NCBI GenBank assembly: GCA_963701015.1
Contig: OY969556.1
Span: 229,186-293,185, forward strand
DNA from: an uncultured Bacteroidota bacterium
GTDB taxonomy: Bacteria; Bacteroidota; Bacteroidia; Bacteroidales; DTGW01
Direction: 5' to 3'
DNA length: 64,000 nucleotides
The notes under the pieces were generated by a model. It was not told the DNA's origin. It saw only the letters and a list, made by a program, of their open reading frames with translations, and made no database searches. This document shows, in pieces, positions 61,749 to 64,000 of the stretch. Made by a program: the position numbers and the translations under genes. Within the stretch, counting starts at the first letter, position 1, and each line of letters opens with the position of its first letter.

Positions 61749-62687
61749 TTATTTCTTAACCCATACAACCGGGCAATTTACAATAGCTGCACTTGGAGCC
61801 AATATTTGAGATGCTTGTGCCGTTGATAAATTATTCACCATATCGAAATTGTCATTGTTATATACGATTACATTCCATAAAGGGGAGTACCCAGCATCGC
61901 TGGGAAGTGCTGCAGGTATGTTGTGTGTTTGACCTGTCGCAGTTCCGTCTTCTGTTTTAAATCCCGAGGATGGTCCACCATTGGTTTGATCGGGATTGAT
62001 ATTAAAACATACATAAATATCTGCAACTGGGACTTTTCCGTTCACGGCCATCAATTCCTTTTCGAAAAAATTAAAATAATAAACTACCTTATTTTTATAC
62101 CATCCCCTGGTAAGAGCAGCACTTTCTGAGGCGCCATATCGCTTACGAGCCACTGATCCTTTGGGAACAATTGGGCAGTTTACAATGGTAGTGGTGGGTG
62201 TTATGGTATATTTATTCTGCATAATTTCCGTATAACTTGTAATTGTATTAGCCACATAATTGCTAGGAACAGTTACTTTATTTACAAGCCAAAAATCATT
62301 ATAGCCACTATCACCAGGTACAACGTTTACAATATTTATTTGTCCAAGAACAGATGAAGTTTCTCCCGAACGGTATAAAACATATATTGGAGCAGGAGTT
62401 ATAGGTAAAACATCGAAATTATAATAAATCGACATTTCTCCATTTGGCCCTAATCCACGTGTATTAAAGGCAGGTATGGAATCAAAATCAATAGCCTGAT
62501 TGGCAGCAGGAAATTTATTATCAGCATTGCGCAAAAATAAATGAGCAAAAGCACTGCTAAACCTGTCTATTTGAACATCACCCGCTGTGTCGGGGTTAAG
62601 GGGAGTTACTTCTGTGGTATTATCCTTTTTGCATGATGCAACTATGGCTATAAGCATTAAGGCAAGTACAACTAATTTCGTTTTCAT
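61749..62687 (-). CDS. Hypothetical lipoprotein with an internal duplication
   Basis: Lipobox VASC; repeated PxDxGY..W.V and IVNCP blocks. Confidence 0.75.
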   Translation of the reverse strand: MKTKLVVLALMLIAIVASCKKDNTTEVTPLNPDTAGDVQIDRFSSAFAHLFLRNADNKFPAANQAIDFDSIPAFNTRGLGPNGEMSIYYNFDVLPITPAPIYVLYRSGETSSVLGQINIVNVVPGDSGYNDFWLVNKVTVPSNYVANTITSYTEIMQNKYTITPTTTIVNCPIVPKGSVARKRYGASESAALTRGWYKNKVVYYFNFFEKELMAVNGKVPVADIYVCFNINPDQTNGGPSSGFKTEDGTATGQTHNIPAALPSDAGYSPLWNVIVYNNDNFDMVNNLSTAQASQILAPSAAIVNCPVVWVKK

Positions 62688-62733
62688 TGTAATGTAGTTT
62701 TAAATTATACATTACCAAAATTCGCCTTTAAGT

Positions 62734-62752
62734 ATCACAGATTCATCACAGA
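62734..62752 (-). promoter_or_regulatory. Candidate OmpR-family response-regulator binding site
   Basis: ATCACAGA direct repeat with an 11-bp period upstream of the lipoprotein-msrAB genes, next to a HAMP kinase gene. Confidence 0.55.
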
Positions 62753-62775
62753 AAATTCAAGTTTTTATAACATTT

Positions 62776-64000
62776 TTAAGCGGCTTGTATAACGGGCAAT
62801 GAAAATGAAAAAGATGTTCCTTTGCCGGATTGGCTGAAAACATGTATATGGGAATTATGCAAATCGATTATTTTCTTAACTATGGCTAAACCCAAACCTG
62901 TACTTTCGCTATATTTCTTGCCTTTATAGTAACGTTCAAAAATATAAGGCAATTCATCCTGATGAATACCTTCACCTGAATCAGATATTTTAATTTCAAC
63001 TTCTGCCGTATCTAAACGATGAATATCAATATTAATATAATCGCCTTCGCGACAAAATTTAATTGCATTGTCAATAATGTTTTGCAAAACACGGTCGATA
63101 AGTATTATATCGGCTTTCACTATTGGGTTGTCTTTTGGTATAAAAGTGTTTATACTGATTCCTTTTTTCTGCGAAATAATACGGAATTTGTTTGCTATGT
63201 CCGATACCAACTCGGCAATTGAAAAGGGTTCGGGATTTAATTTTACCTGGTTGGTTTGCAATTTTGAAAGCTCAAAAAGTTCCCCTACAAGTTTTTTAAG
63301 CCGTTCACAACTCGAATATATAATCTCCAAATATTTTATTTGTTCCTTTGAATCAATGTTATCCTTTTTAATCAAAAGGGTTTCAGCATAGCCTTGAATG
63401 GATGCTATTGGTGTCCGCAGGTCATGGGAAACATTGCTTATAAGTTCTTTACGGAATTCATCAGTATCTTTCAATTCTTGTATATTATTTGATATAGTTG
63501 CAGCCATTTCATTAAAAACCAGTCCTATTTTATCAAGCTCATTATTGCTTTTAACGGGAATACGTGAACTTAAATTCCCAGATTGAAATTGTTGAATACC
63601 ATGTATTATAACATTGAGTTTTCGTGTAATAAACCAAATTAATAGAAGCCCAACAACTGCCGATACCAGCAATATAGCAACAATGGAACGTATAGAAAGG
63701 CCCAGGATATAACTGCCAATAACCATTTGGGCAGCCGAAACATATTCCTGACTGGCTAAAACAATATAAATATACCCGGTGGTCTTTCCTTTTTCAATTA
63801 CTTCAGCAGCGGAAAAGGTTTTCTTTTCACCCGGATTACGTGGATCATCGCCATAAATTATATTATGCCTGTTATCTTTTAAAAAATTATGAATCGGCAA
63901 CAATGAAACCTTTTTTAGCTTTACTACCTTTTCCGGGGCTACATAAATTAAAATATCACCTTGCGGATTTAATAAATAAATTTCAACGCTGGGGTTAATT
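62776..64000 (-). CDS. HAMP-domain sensor histidine kinase (5' end outside the window)
   Basis: HAMP, SHDLRTP, NAIKF, DSGEG, TGLGL; frame stays open to the window edge. Confidence 0.92.
   Translation of the reverse strand, partial: INPSVEIYLLNPQGDILIYVAPEKVVKLKKVSLLPIHNFLKDNRHNIIYGDDPRNPGEKKTFSAAEVIEKGKTTGYIYIVLASQEYVSAAQMVIGSYILGLSIRSIVAILLVSAVVGLLLIWFITRKLNVIIHGIQQFQSGNLSSRIPVKSNNELDKIGLVFNEMAATISNNIQELKDTDEFRKELISNVSHDLRTPIASIQGYAETLLIKKDNIDSKEQIKYLEIIYSSCERLKKLVGELFELSKLQTNQVKLNPEPFSIAELVSDIANKFRIISQKKGISINTFIPKDNPIVKADIILIDRVLQNIIDNAIKFCREGDYINIDIHRLDTAEVEIKISDSGEGIHQDELPYIFERYYKGKKYSESTGLGLAIVKKIIDLHNSHIHVFSQSGKGTSFSFSLPVIQAA

Overview
AT-rich chromosomal DNA from a Bacteroidota (probably Bacteroidales-like) bacterium, inferred from a T9SS C-terminal domain, TAnnTTTG promoters, and PASTA-rluD-ddl and parA-parB-DUF5683-mltD synteny. 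Bases 1-32 kb hold mostly housekeeping and carbohydrate genes, plus a frameshifted GH30, one IS1182 copy, a CruR/CutF-like RAPP leader before a TonB-dependent receptor, and a candidate sRNA. The main finding lies at about 33-56 kb. Small, unrelated, almost all plus-strand genes are separated by a family of 120-135 bp imperfect palindromes with attC-like architecture (AAC...GTT ends, extrahelical base). In several cases the two ends of one gene unit are complementary to each other (10/10 in the best case). Three junctions instead carry a conserved ~400 bp module with a 20-bp palindrome 33-37 bp before the GTT. No integrase is present in the window, so this reads as an integron-like (CALIN-type) cassette array in a phylum where integrons are rarely reported. 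It has been invaded by REP-like hairpins and a second IS1182 copy. The right end has two 21-bp tandem arrays, an XRE-pentapeptide/ABC exporter operon and a kinase-MsrAB-methionine-rich peptide module. All calls are by eye; no database searches were run.
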